DNA from: Ostrea edulis
Taxonomy: Eukaryota
Direction: 5' to 3'
Assembly: GCF_947568905.1 (NCBI RefSeq)
Contig: NC_079164.1
Coordinates: forward strand, 3,472,001-3,536,000
DNA: 64,000 bases
Position 1 is the stretch's first letter; the number at the start of each line of letters is the position of its first letter. Below are positions 23,783 through 36,609 of the stretch, one piece after another. A program made the position numbers and the translations under genes. Under the pieces are notes generated by a model that searched no databases, was not told the origin of the DNA, and saw nothing but the letters and a program-made list of their open reading frames with translations.

Positions 23783-26700
23783 AAGAGGAAGCCTTTGATC
23801 AATGCCCGATGCATTCAACAGTGGGCGAGTTGTTGACGAAAAACGTTATCGATATGGATGTCCATGAAATGAGGGCTATTTTGTCTCAAGCCTGTGGACC
23901 CAAAGATGTGACATCATGTATGTATGCAAATTGTTGAATTTGTGTGTCTTTAAGGTAAAAGCAATACATGTACTAACCGTCAATTTGCCCGATAAAATAA
24001 TTGTTGCAAAATAATGATTTACTTTTTCAATGATAGAAAAGAATAAGGTTTAAAAGTTTTTGTTATTTATATTTGTGTAAGAAAACGTAGCAGCTCAGGA
24101 GGTTGGTTTGTGTGTTTATTTTTTTCCACATTTGACTAGAATCTTGATTAGTTTAAGACTTTTAATCCTATCGAAGCCCCTCTTACCATTGTTGTTAGTG
24201 GGCGAATTTAAGACAGGGTGAATATGAATTCATTAATTTTTTTGAATAGTAATAACCAAGTATTGAGAAAATTTGAATTTGGACAAAATTATTGTCCAGT
24301 GGGAATGGGCATATATGATGCAAAAATAGCCCTGTAGTATATACAGTAATAAACTAGAACTTACATGCATTTAGATGACTTTAAACCTTTTCATTACAGC
24401 AAAAACCCAAAGAAAGAATTGGTATTCCGACCTGTCAAATGCACCACTGTGGTGGACAGGGACCGGTCTTCCTTGGCTGTCCCTTAACCATCCTAGAAGT
24501 TTGTTTAATTCAATTTATATTTTTTATGCCTCCATGACACAAAGGTGACTGATAAGGCCTTTGGATATCTCTTGTTTAGTATATAAAGTAGTTATGAAAC
24601 AAATTTCAGGAGAACAAAAAAGGTTCAATCGGCAACAGTTATCCCAACTGGTAACGTCACTGCAGGAGTATGCAGACGTTTTAGTGCAACCTCCCCACAA
24701 GAAGATCAAACTCATCAGATCTTGTCAAAAACCTGGTAAGTAAAGTTAATGTTGTGAAGTAAATCAATAACAAAGATATTCAACTGTTGGGTCCTTAAGC
24801 TGACAGAGCATATTACAAAATGATTTTCCTCTTTGATTTAAAAGCGATCCCAGATGAAGATCCGGTGGAACCTGGTAAGTATATGTAATGTTGTGAAGTA
24901 AATCAATAACAAAGAAATTCAACTGTTGGGTCCTAAAGCTGACAGAGCATATTACAATATGATTTTCCTCTCTGATTTAAAAGCGATCCCAGATGAAGAT
25001 CCAGTGGAACCTGGTAAGTAAAGTTAATGTTGTGAAGTAAATCAATAACAAAAAATTGACTTTATTGGATATGTAAATGGCAGAACATATTAAACAGTGA
25101 TTTATCCAGGGAATATCCGTTAGTGATAGCTACTGTATTCAATGTGCATCTTTATGGAAAATAGAACTTACTAATCATATTACAAAATATTAAATGAACA
25201 CAATATTTTAGACTCTGTGTCTGCCCCACAGTAAGTGCATTGTTTAAGTATGTTATTCTGTTTTTGATTTTGATTTTTTCTTCTTTTCTCACGGTGGAAT
25301 CATAATTTCATTCCAGGTGAATGGAATTTTAGCATGTTTTTATGTTCTCATTTATGGAAAGCAGTGCCTAAAGACATGCTATTTTATCATTATTTAGGTC
25401 AGAAATATTTTTTAATGCATATCTAATGGGGGGATGTACCAAGAAATTGACCAAGAAATAACCACCTTAAATTGTGATTCCACAATATTTTATTTCGTAA
25501 ATTGAATTTTCTGTTACTGTTAAAAGTTATACATTTGATGATGCTCACATGCAATACTTTGTCTTTTCAGTATAAGCTTTATCAAAATTACCTGATATTG
25601 CTCATAAAAGGAAATTTGATTACATGTAAATACAGGTCAATCATACATGTAATACCTTCTCTTTTTTTTGAAAAAGTTTTGCAGCAAAAATTTGAATGAA
25701 ATCATTTATATGAATAAGGAATACAGGTAAAAATATGACGGAGTTCTGTCAATCAATATGTTCTTACATGTACGTTTATGTTACTTAGATCTGAAAATCC
25801 TGCTCCAGAGACCATCGGCCGTTTTCTTCAATGCAAGTATCTCTCTATCTCAACTATATGTGTGGGTGTGTTGTGGGCGTAGAGATGTCGAAATTGTCAT
25901 ACAGAATATAGATTGCTTATTACATATCTTCAAATACAATGACGGAATAGCAATTGATAGTTGTATTTAATTTCCTTTATATACATAGTTTTTTGTTGTG
26001 TGAATTTTCAGACCTTAGGAGTTTGTGGACAAAACGTGCAATTCCTTCTAAGGAGAATTTTTTGATTGCTTCATGCGAAGGAGTAAGGTTAAGTGCAGAG
26101 GCATTCCTGTCCTTAAGAGACAGAGTTTCGGATGAGGTATGACCGATGTTCTAACAAATTTGGTTTATGTTGAATGTATTGAAAGTATCAGTATGGGAAA
26201 TACATGTACATTCCATCTTGTTTTTTATTTCCTTTTTTTTTTTTGAGAAACAGCATGATTAATATTGATATTTTCCAATTTAATGTTTCAGTTACTTGAT
26301 GCATACATGTACTGTTGTTTGAGAGCAAAGAAGGTAAGAAAGAAATTTTATGTAATTCAATTGTTTAATGTTTTAAGCTTTTAAAGCACATTTTTATGCT
26401 TTTAAAACACACATTATACTGAAGTTTATCCAATAGTGGAGTGGTATTAGAAATTACACTATGAAATAAGATAATTGTATCCAAGTATTACAAATTATTG
26501 CTGATTAATATTTGCAACAAAATGCTAGGAACAATTCTTTTCAGTTAATTGTACATATTTTATACCATATGGTATGTATATGTGTACTGGTATTGTGAAG
26601 TTTCTGTAGATTTTATAGGTGAATTTTACTTTCTATTTAAGTCGAGTTATGAGTACATAAATTGTACAGTGCTCAGCATGTTACTGAGCAAAAGAAATCA

Positions 26701-29611
26701 GGAGGCTATTGTTGATGTAAGTCTGTCAAGTTATTGATTCATCTAATAGTATAAAGAAGAGCTTTAGTACACAAAATAACAATACCACAATTATTTATAC
26801 AGTTAAAAATGCATGGTGTTCAATATAATTGAAAGTTTGTAGAATATCCAATTGTAAAAATGACATCCCGGCACTCTCCAAAATCTGTTTGAAGAACATG
26901 TATATTGCATATAATGGTACTTTGATAACTTTATAACAGAAATAAGTGTTTTCATGAAAGGCTTGTCAATGATTATTGTGGAAATAACAGATTATTAAAA
27001 CACTTAATTACTAGTAACAAGTAAAGTTCAATATATGGAATATTTTTCAGTACGAAATATCATCACCACTGTTAATGGGATTTTATAACATTGGCAGAAG
27101 GCATTGGGTTTTGATTGTGAGTGTGAATATTAAGTTCATATATTTTTTTTACATATATAAGCAATGTCATGCATACAATGGCATTTTCACTGAAATAATC
27201 AGTTAAAGTATTATAGATGTTTTTAGATCACCTGAGCTGAGAGCTCAAGTGAGCTTTTCTGATCATTGTCCGTCATCTTTCTGCCTGTCTGTAAACTTTC
27301 ACCTTGACCAAAAAAATCCTTTTGCACAATTGCAAGAATAGGATGTGGTCATTTAAAAATCTTCTTATCAACAGCCAATGGACAAGACTTTGTAAAACAC
27401 GGGAATAGGTTGGGGGCCACATTAGGGATAAATGTTTTAAATACAAATACATATGGAAAATCTTCAAATATGGGCCAAGTTGACCCTGGTGAGTGATGTG
27501 GCCCATGGGCCTCTTGTTAAAATCTCCATGAATAACATTCCTTGTTGACTCTTTGTGTTTTGATTTCCTGCATAAAATGTTTCTGTTTATTATTTGCAGA
27601 TGATTTCTTGTATTGAAAAAAGACTGACAGTCCTTGATCCACTGGGAGAGAGTAAAATGACTATGCAATGCATATTATCAACTTGGAAGTGAGACATTTC
27701 ATATATTGATGAAGCAGTTTTACATTTTTTTCATGATGAAGATCACATGTAAAAAAAAAAATGGATGAAATTTTCACATGTATAGATTTCTATATTTGTT
27801 TTTGTGTAGAAATTTCCTGAGAATAAGCAAGAAGAATACTAGCCTGAGTTGTGGTAATTGGTATGTGAACACAATTCCACATACCAAACAACAAGATAGT
27901 AGTTCTTGTGGAATATTTTGTCTTATGGTAATTTAAATTGAAATATAAGTTATATAATACAATATATAAATATAATTGATATAATATATCTATTGTTCAG
28001 AATTATATTGGTAAATGACAAAAAATAGCTTCTATCTGTTAGGCATTGAAAATTTCAGTACATTAAATTTGTATGGATTCTTAAACGAAGTAGTACTACT
28101 TGTGTGTACATACCTCTCAGTATATAAGACTTAACATAATTGAAAAGATATCAGTGTCAAGAGTGCAATTAGTTGGGAAATTCGGTTATTTGTGGGGTTT
28201 TCATCAATCATTTTAAAAGTTTGTTGTTTTTTACTTTAGTTTGTAGAAAAGCTGTTGGAGGAAGAGGCTCTTTTTTTCAATACCTGCAGCGATGCCATAA
28301 CTGCCTTCAGAGTGAAAGTTGCTTCGAGAATAATTGAAAATCAAGGTTTGTATATACATGTACATTTACAAGTTTGTCATTGTTTGACAGGATAGCGCAT
28401 ATTTTTAGCCGAGTTGCAACGAAGTTGAACTCGGCTATTGGTTTGGTGATGCGGGCGGGTGTCAACAATTGGTTTCTGGATGATAACTCGAAAAGTTTAC
28501 AATCTAATCAAATGAAACTTTGATATATTGTTGGGTACCAGGTAAGGAAGACCCCTTAAGATTTTGGAGAAAATAGATCAAAGGTCAAGGTCACAGTGAC
28601 CGAATATAGAATGAAATTTCAGAAATATTTGGTTTCTGGATGATAACTCAGAAAGTTTAAATCCGAATCAAATGATACTTGGATATATTGTTGGATACCA
28701 GCAAAGCAAGGCCCCTGTTGATTTTGGAGAACAAAGGTAAAAGTCACAGTGACCGAATATAGATTGAAAACTTCAGACAAATATGGTTTCTGGACAGTAA
28801 CTCGAAAAGTTTAAAAATGAAATTAGATGTATCCCATGCAACTCGGCTCATGCACCCCTGGGTGCATATACTGATTTTGCTTTGTATATTGGTTGTCAGT
28901 TTGGAGTTGTACTTTTAAATTTCAACATTTGAGGATAGTGTAAGATAAATGTTTTAATTTCATGTTTGCATTATTATTTTTTTTGTCATATCATAGGAAT
29001 TTTATGCATGGGGACCCCATACTTGTGAAGCATAGTTACAGCTGGGTTTTTTTTTTTTTTTTTTTTTGTAGTGAATGGTTTGTTAGTTTCCCCTCCATTC
29101 TCATACTGCCTGCAGCATTTTACTGAATTTCCCAAGAAGTCTTTGAAAGGGACTGATTCACGATTTTCCCCAAACTTTTGTTATGTTGTCATGTAAACAA
29201 TTCAAATTTTCTTTTTTGGTGATAGGCTGTTAACTTGCATTGTATATTTGTATATTTATTTCTTATTTTACTGACAGATGATGAAACTTTACATAGCCTA
29301 TGCAGAATCTGCCAAAAAACTGATAGCATGAAAGGGAAACTAAGATACATTGACTGGGTACTGTTCTTCATCTGATTTGATGTAATTTAAATTGAACAGA
29401 AAAGAAGGATCCAATTAGAACAATATACCAATATACAATGAATTTGATTGGCAATAATACATATCAATTTATGTTTGTTTGTGTGTGTGTTTTAATTCTT
29501 AATCTATCATTATTTTTCCAGGTTGGTTGTGATGACTGTGGACTGTTTTGGTGCCATTTTAGTTGTATGAAGATGTCATCATCATATCATGACTTTATTC
29601 AACAGAAATGA
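23783..29611 (+). CDS. Spliced Ulp1/SENP-like (peptidase C48) protease + PHD finger gene, 5'-incomplete, stop codon inside the last PHD exon
   Basis: Phase-consistent GT-AG exons: 23783-23917, 24400-24498, 24580-24735, 24845-24874, 24984-25013, 26012-26136, 26292-26333, 26642-26716, 27051-27116, 27600-27688, 27810-27927, 28240-28345, 29278-29357, 29522-29611 (about 413 aa). Motifs LSLRDRVSDE|LLDAYM, RRHWVLI, VLDPLG, QQDSSSCGIFC; PHD CRIC...W|VGCDDC...CHFSC. Confidence 0.8.
24736..25050 (+). repeat. 139-bp tandem intron+micro-exon duplication (2 copies plus a partial third)
   Basis: gtaagt...aaaag|cgatcccagatgaagatcc(g/a)gtggaacctg|gtaagt at 24736-24874 and 24875-25013. Confidence 0.9.
27221..27518 (-). 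mobile_element. HINE in the intron between the catalytic His and Asp exons
   Basis: Reverse complement of the 1577-2026 family ends: ttttagatcacctgagctgagagctcaagtgagctttt...gtggcccatgggcctcttgtt. Confidence 0.75.
28401..28880 (-). mobile_element. Helentron-like element with internal repeats of about 155-160 bp
   Basis: Terminal hairpins agccgagtt...aactcggct and atgcacccctgggtgcat; ggtttctgga recurs near 28471, 28631 and 28785. Confidence 0.6.
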
Positions 29612-32115
29612 TCATGTTGTGTATGCTCCAGCTTATTGTTTTTGTACTTTCCGTTCTTTGGGGAGCAGTTGAAGTTAGCTCTTCCAACTTTTGAGCACTA
29701 CTACACAGGATGCTATAACTGTGTATGTACTGATACTGGTTCAATAGTTCATTCATTTGTCCATATACATGAATTGTACATTTATTACTTAAATCTATGT
29801 AGTTGAAAAAGTTTATGTCAATTCAAATTTTAAAAGGGTTTTGAAAACAATAACTAATTCCTGAATTTGGTTGATGTATTTTTTTCTTGATTCTTAAAAA
29901 TGTTCATATCATTTTCCCCAACACTTTCGTTGGACAATTTTATATATTGTCTAATAATTCGCAATTTTAACCCAAAAAAAACACTTCTTTAAGTAATTCC
30001 TATTTTTAATTTCAAGACAAGACTTTGTAAGTACAGTTTTAAAAACTGACAACACTCCTAGTATTTCTTTTTCATCTCAACCTCTATCTATGTATATAAA
30101 TGAATGTTTCCTGAATTTAAGTGCAATATATGTATGAATATTGATTTGTATTACTAACACCAACAAACAAAACTATTTTTGATGTGAATACAGCAAAACG
30201 AAGTTTATGATATACACACTTATTTAAGTACTGGCCTGGATTTCTCGAGAAAAACTTAAATCGAAACTTGGACCTATGTATGAGATTTTACTAAAATTTT
30301 GGCTGCTCAAATAACAGAAAACTCCAACTCAATTTGGAGATTTTTTGGAGAAATCCAAGTCGTATTATTGTATCCTGTTTCGCGTAAATTGCATTTGATT
30401 TCAATGTAACTTTTTTGTTTTAAGTTGTTTTGCACATATATGTTTTGACAATTGATATTGCAAAGATTCTCTCCTAAAGATTCTCTCCCAACCCACATTA
30501 CCGTTTATTTCTTTTATTGCTGTAAATAACTACATTATTAATAGTTTTAACATGATGAAGGAATCCACGTTATTGCTATCTATCATCTTGTATATTGTTC
30601 TAAAGATAACTTCTCGAATATATTCATACCTTTGTATGAAGTATACTGAGGAGTTCTGTCTGTGAAAATTATTGAACTGTTCAAATGCGGGAGATATGAA
30701 AAGATAACCATTGTACATACAACATGTAATATGTGTTTTGAGGATTTTTAGTTACAGTTGTTTGTAATGTTCAATTCTAACACTGTTGTTTAATTATGTA
30801 AGAACAAGATTCAACGTTATTTCAGTGTAGAATTCTGTGTTGAGAATTTCTGTCAAGTGTACAGATTTCAGTGTTTTTCTGCGTATTTCTGTTTTGCTCG
30901 CGTGAAGTATTTAATTCTCTATTTTTTGGTGTAAATTTATTATTGTTATGGCAAAATAGGACTTATTTCTCTATATTCCAATTTAGTCTGCTATATATTT
31001 ACAATCTTCAGAATGCATTATAGATTTGTTGCTTAGAGTATAGTAATGCAATAGATTCAAAATTTAAATCATGATTTAGATTCAAGTAATAGGATTGCTT
31101 TCTTTATTTGAGATTGAGGTTTGATAATTGAGACTACCAAGAGTGATTGTCCTATGCAAAATCTACTTTATTTTAAATTCTATTTGTAGCACATATTTAC
31201 ATGTAAGTAAGCCATTGAGAGTGAATACCTCTGATATGAGTATCTTGTTTATTAATTTGTCCTCATTAAGAGGAATTTCGACATAGATATATCAAAAAGT
31301 ATTATTGGCAAAAACCATCTGTTTTCAAATTTGTCAATTATTAAGTGTTCATAATGTACACGAACTTTGTAATTTAGGGAAATATTTATGTTTTGCACTT
31401 AAGTTGCGAGAAAACCTTGTTTAAGTCATTCTCCGTTGCTTGCTTGAATTAGTACACTGCCATACAGTGTCATTTTCATGGACATGTATTTATGAAATTG
31501 ATGTGATAAGACATGTCTTAAGCAATAAAGAATATATAATCTGACGTTGCCTTGAGTTATTCCCCTTCAATGCGTTTTGTGTAAATATCTACTCTATATT
31601 TGGGGCTTTATGAAATTCCCAAGTTTCCCCAACAATAATTTAAGATAAGCATAACATGTATACAGTGCTCCCTTGATTTATTGCCCCAGTTACAATGCCA
31701 ACCCTGCTTATTGCCTGAAAATCATAAAGAACAGATTTCTCCCCATGTTACACCCCATTGTAATGCTAATACCACATGGTCAAATTTTATAGGGGTTACC
31801 CTTGATAATAATAACAATTATCTAACAACCAACAGTAATCATTCCTCTATTTTGGGACCAGTGCAGTGAATTGAGGTTGGCTGAAAAAGGTATGCAGGTG
31901 TACAAATAATTGTTGAAATGAACTCAAATTGATTTTGACATTGAATAACTCCGTTTACATAATCAAGATATAGTTGTTTAAACATTTAGGATGATATTGC
32001 TATTAATTTATTTCTGATCCAAAAAATAAATCTTACTACAGATCTAAGTGTGTTGTTCATTACTTTTTCAACAAATGTATATTTATATCAGCAGTGCAGA
32101 GTAGAGAACGTTTAA

Positions 32116-32632
32116 ATATGGTCAGTACTCAGTAGACGGTTCTTCGATATGGCCAGTACTGAGTTGACAAGGTTCTTAGATATGGTCAGTTCCGAGTTGA
32201 CAAGGTTCTTAGATATGGTCAGTACTCAGTAGACAAGGTTCTTAGATATGGTCAGTACTCAGTAGACAATATTCTTAGATATGGTCAGTACCAAGTTGAC
32301 AAGGTTCCTAGATATGGCCAGAACTGAGTTGACAAGGTTCTTAGATATGCCCAGTACTCATTTGACAAGGTTCTTAGATATGGTCAGTACTCAGTTGATA
32401 AGGTTCTTAGATAAGGTCAGTACTCGGTAGACAATATTCTTAGATATGGTCAGTACCAAGTTGACAAGGTTCTTAGATATGGTCAGTTCCGAGTTGACAA
32501 GGTTCTTAGATATGGTCAGTACTCGGTAGACAATATTCTTAGATATGGTCAGTACCGAGTTGACAAGGTTCTTAGATATGGTCAGTACCGAGTTGACAAG
32601 GTTCTTAGATATGGTCAGTACCGAATTGACAA
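32116..32632 (+). repeat. 33-bp minisatellite, about 15 copies
   Basis: Unit gagttgacaaggttcttagatatggtcagtacc. Confidence 0.95.
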
Positions 32633-32748
32633 CGGAAACATTTATGTGTAACACGACATGGGATGAGATCAAGGATGCTAGCAATTGACATTTGACAATA
32701 TTTCAAATTCTAGTGACTGATCACCTTCCTTTTTCTGAATATGTCTAT

Positions 32749-33103
32749 CAGTGGCGGGTTTAAGGGGGTGTTCAGGCGCCTCCCCCTAAACTTTGCAAAT
32801 CGTGATCTCGTGTTTTGAAAATTCTAAATGATAAAAGAATTTCTTCCACTCTCTGAGAAATAAATGACAAAGTCCTCTTGATTTATGGATTTACTTTATT
32901 GGTAGAACTTACATTTTTCCAAAAAGCCTTAAAATTTCTGTCATTTATTAATTTCATCTTATTAAAAATGACAGAAAATAGTAAAAGACTACACAGGAGA
33001 CATATTTCAAGCCCAATAAAAGCTGTTTCACCCTGGACTCACTGGGGGCCTCAAGGCGGCCCCCGACCCCCTCCTACAACCGCAATTCCTGGCTCCATCC
33101 CTG
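32749..33103. mobile_element. Short CAG...CTG interspersed element
   Basis: Starts cagtggcgggtttaaggggg and ends aattcctggctccatccctg; tctat flanks both sides. A similar 3' end occurs near 19070-19087. Confidence 0.5.
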
Positions 33104-34127
33104 TCTATACCCTACTTAATATACGGAATAAGCAACTCTTTAATAGAAACTTAACCCAAAACAGTTATAATATATATCCATTGCACAAAAAGCACAATGG
33201 GGTGGCCCGAGTTTCGATTTTTAATTATTTCCAAATATGTCCATCACTAGAGTCTTATTTGAGACCAGAATAAGCATTGTCTGTTCTTTAGGCGTCATAT
33301 TATTCTGATTTTATATTAACAGAGGATAGAAATTAAAATGGTCCCTCCACTAAACAAAGCTGTGATGGTTCTGGAATCATAGAATTAAAAACTCCGTTTC
33401 TAATACAGGGAGAAGAAGAATCAAGGTTGATTAAAATGTAATTCGGCAACTCCAAAATGTATAGAATTTTATCATTTAACAGAATTTAGTTAAGAGAATG
33501 GCAAATTAAAAACAGACCAAGAGTATGGTCGTTTATCAAGTTTTGTTGGAAACAGTCACGTGTGACATTCGAAATTCATGGGAAATTTTCATAAATTAAT
33601 TGTATTCCAACATGTTAGTTTAAACAATATTTATTCGTAAATAATTCGATAATGTTTACAAACAATGTCTTATACATGAAATAGATTGAGAAACAAGCCA
33701 AAAGGCATTGTAAAGCATGAAATTTCGATGAAGCAGAGTTTATTCGAATATTTTCCTAAGATGGCCTTGTTAATGTTAATTCTCTTCTTAGACTACTATT
33801 TTCATATGAAGCATAAAGTCTTCTAAAAAGGTTGTACACAGTATCGCTTTGCTATTAAAAAGATACGAGGTTTAATGAATTTCTGTATACTCTTCCAGAA
33901 TAAATTAAAATGTTTCATGTTATTTTTCAAGTACACCATTTTAGATACATTCAAAGATAGAAGAGAAATTATGTAAAGAACCCTCTCCTTCTTATTTTAT
34001 GAATCCCCTTACCTTAACAGTTGCCTACTCTGTACGGGTTATATCAAGAAGATTTTTCGCCCTGCACTAACAATACTTGAAACTTCTTCATTCTTTTCTG
34101 ACTAAATCTGAAAATCTGTTAAAAATT

Positions 34128-34261
34128 NNNNNNNNNNNNNNNNNNNNNNNNNNNNNNNNNNNNNNNNNNNNNNNNNNNNNNNNNNNNNNNNNNNNNNNNN
34201 NNNNNNNNNNNNNNNNNNNNNNNNNNNNNNNNNNNNNNNNNNNNNNNNNNNNNNNNNNNNN
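34128..34261. other. Assembly gap
   Basis: Run of N. Confidence 1.
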
Positions 34262-34777
34262 GACAAACGGGATGATTTCAGCTTCTCCATCGTCAACTTC
34301 CCATATTTATGTAGCAATATTCCATTATCACCTGCATATAGTGTTTATACCTCTCAACTGATTCGATATGGAAGAGCATGTTCTGCGTATGGTCAGTTTT
34401 TAAATCTCGACAGGCTACAGACAAACAAGTTGATGGTGCAGGGGTTTCAACAGTCTCGTTTAAAGTCAGCATTTCGCAAATTATATGGTCGTTATAACGA
34501 TCTAGTTCGCCAATACCACCTATCATTGGGTCAAGCTGTCTGACGTGTTTCATACCGATTGTTAGGCCGTTCCCAGCACACTGATTTTGACTGCGGATAA
34601 TTCCGTTTACCTGATCAGAACACACGGCGGGTGTGACCGGCCGACAGGGGACGCTTACTACTAGGCATCCGATCCCACCTTTGGTATGTCCAGGGGTTCG
34701 TGCTTGCCCAATTCTCTATTTTGTAATGCTTATAGGAGTTATGAGATTAATCACTGTTCGTTATCTTCACCTTTCAT
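34262..34777 (+). mobile_element. Penelope-like retroelement 3' fragment
   Basis: Closely similar to 46646-47127 (gacaaacgggatgatttcag...gttcgttatcttc(a/g)cctttcata). Confidence 0.75.
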
Positions 34778-34780
34778 ATT

Positions 34781-35526
34781 GCACTGGCTATATCTAAGAA
34801 CCTTCTCCACTGCATACTGTCCACATCTAAAACCCTTGTCAACTCAGTACTGGCCATATCTAAGAACCTTGCCAACTCGGTACTGACCATATCTAAGAAC
34901 CTTGTCTACTGAGTACTGGCCATATCTAAGAACCTTGTCAATTCGGTACTGTCTATATCTAAGAACCTTGTCAACTCAGTGCTGGCCATATCTAAGAACC
35001 TTGTCTACTGAGTACTGGCCATATCTAAGAACCTTGTCTACTGAGTACTGGCCATATCTAAAACCCTTGTCAACTCAGTACTGGCCATATCTAAGAACCT
35101 TGCCAACTCGGTACTGACCATATCTAAGAACCTTGTCTACTGAGTACTGGCCATATCTAAGAACCTTGTCAATTCGGTACTGTCTATATCTAAGAACCTT
35201 GTCAACTCAGTGCTGGCCATATCTAAGAACCTTGTCTACTGAGTACTGGCCATATCTAAGAACCTTGTCAATTCGGTACTGTCTATATCTAAGAACCTTG
35301 TCAACTCAGTGCTGGCCATATCTAAGAATCTTGTCTACTGAGTACTGGCCATATCTAAGAACCTTGTCAATTCGGTACTGTCTATATCTAAGAACCTTGT
35401 CAACTCAGTGCTGGCCATATCTAAGAACCTTGTCTACTGAGTACTGGCCATATCTAAGAACCTTGTCAACTCAGTACTGTCTATATCTAAGAACCTTGTC
35501 AACTCAGTGCTGGCCATATCCAAGAA
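34781..35526 (-). repeat. 33-bp minisatellite, about 22 copies, reverse complement of the 32116-32632 array
   Basis: Unit ctg(a/g)ccatatctaagaaccttgtcaactcagta. Confidence 0.95.
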
Positions 35527-35799
35527 ACTTTTTTATTCTGTTCTAGCCAAATTTATAAAACATTTTTCATATACATGCATAATTAACAAAATAATATATA
35601 ATTTACTACTTGAAAATAATCAAGGTTGCAATATTCATGAAAGTGTGAAAAGATCAGTTACATCAAAATTATCAGTATCTTTAATAATCCAAGAGATGAA
35701 AATTAAGGCATGAATACAACTTTGTAATTTACATTTCATTCCATTCTCCAATGGATTTTAAGTCGCTTAAAATAACATTAAACAAAATAGTTACACAAC

Positions 35800-36115
35800 A
35801 TAACTATGCTGTAACTCTAAAAAATAAATTTTACAATGCTTGGAGCGACCACGTTACCGCCTCCGAGATAAACTCCCCAAAATCTTAACTACAGTATACA
35901 ATTTCACATTGCGGTAAATTCATATCATCAATTTTACAATGCTTGGAGCGGCTACATTACCGCTCCGAGATAAACTCCCCAAATCTCAACTACAGTTTAC
36001 AATATAACTATGCTGTAACTCAACAAATAAAATTTACAATGCTTGGAGCGGCCACATTACCGCCTCCGAGATAAACTCCCCAAAAATCTCAACTACAATA
36101 TATAATTTAACTATG
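35800..36115. repeat. Three tandem repeats of about 100-103 bp
   Basis: tttacaatgcttggagcg...ccgagataaactcccc at about 35830, 35933 and 36033. Confidence 0.85.
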
Positions 36116-36394
36116 CTAGAATAGAAAACAAAGATTGCAAGGTAAAGGCATATTGTACAGATGAAATGAGATCCAAGAAAGTTAAGAAGGAGGTAATATT
36201 CAGTGCATAAATCATTTAAAGACCTGCATTTTAAAATAGCATCATTTTATCAATAGGCTCAAATTGTTTAGAGATGGTGACAATCAGTTTTGTAATTTAT
36301 ATATATGATTTGGAAGAGATGAAGATTTGATGATAAATTTGTTACACAGTTTAAGTTACAAATATCTTATTAATACTTAATATATACATTACAG

Positions 36395-36609
36395 GTTTGT
36401 AACTGCCATTTTGGATGTAACAATAGAAAATGTCGTTGTGTTCGAGAAGGACATTAATGTGAAAAATTATGTCCCTTAGGAAAACAATGCAAAAATGTGC
36501 AGAGCAACAAGTTGGATGATCTCCTACATGACTTAAAAAAAACGTCCCCGAGGAAGAGAATTCATTGTGCTCAGCTTTGTGCCATACTTTTGAATCAAAG
36601 TTATATAAG
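36395..36609 (+). pseudogene. Orphan Cys-rich (CXC/tesmin-like) exon with an in-frame stop
   Basis: acag|VCNCHFGCNNRKCRCVREGH*CEKLCPLGKQCKN...ESKLYK|gttag. Confidence 0.4.

Noticed and set aside
25300-25960. Additional exons of the protease gene
   Set aside because: Several AG/GT candidates exist, but I could not fix a unique stop-free phase. The chain is in frame without them.
29609-29611. Selenocysteine read-through of the in-frame TGA
   Set aside because: The position corresponds to a conserved Trp, not a Cys, and I recognised no SECIS.
32391-35546. Repetitive ORFs (ISKNLVNSVLT, RTLSTEYWPYL)
   Set aside because: They are translations of a 33-bp minisatellite whose unit is a multiple of 3; no gene context.
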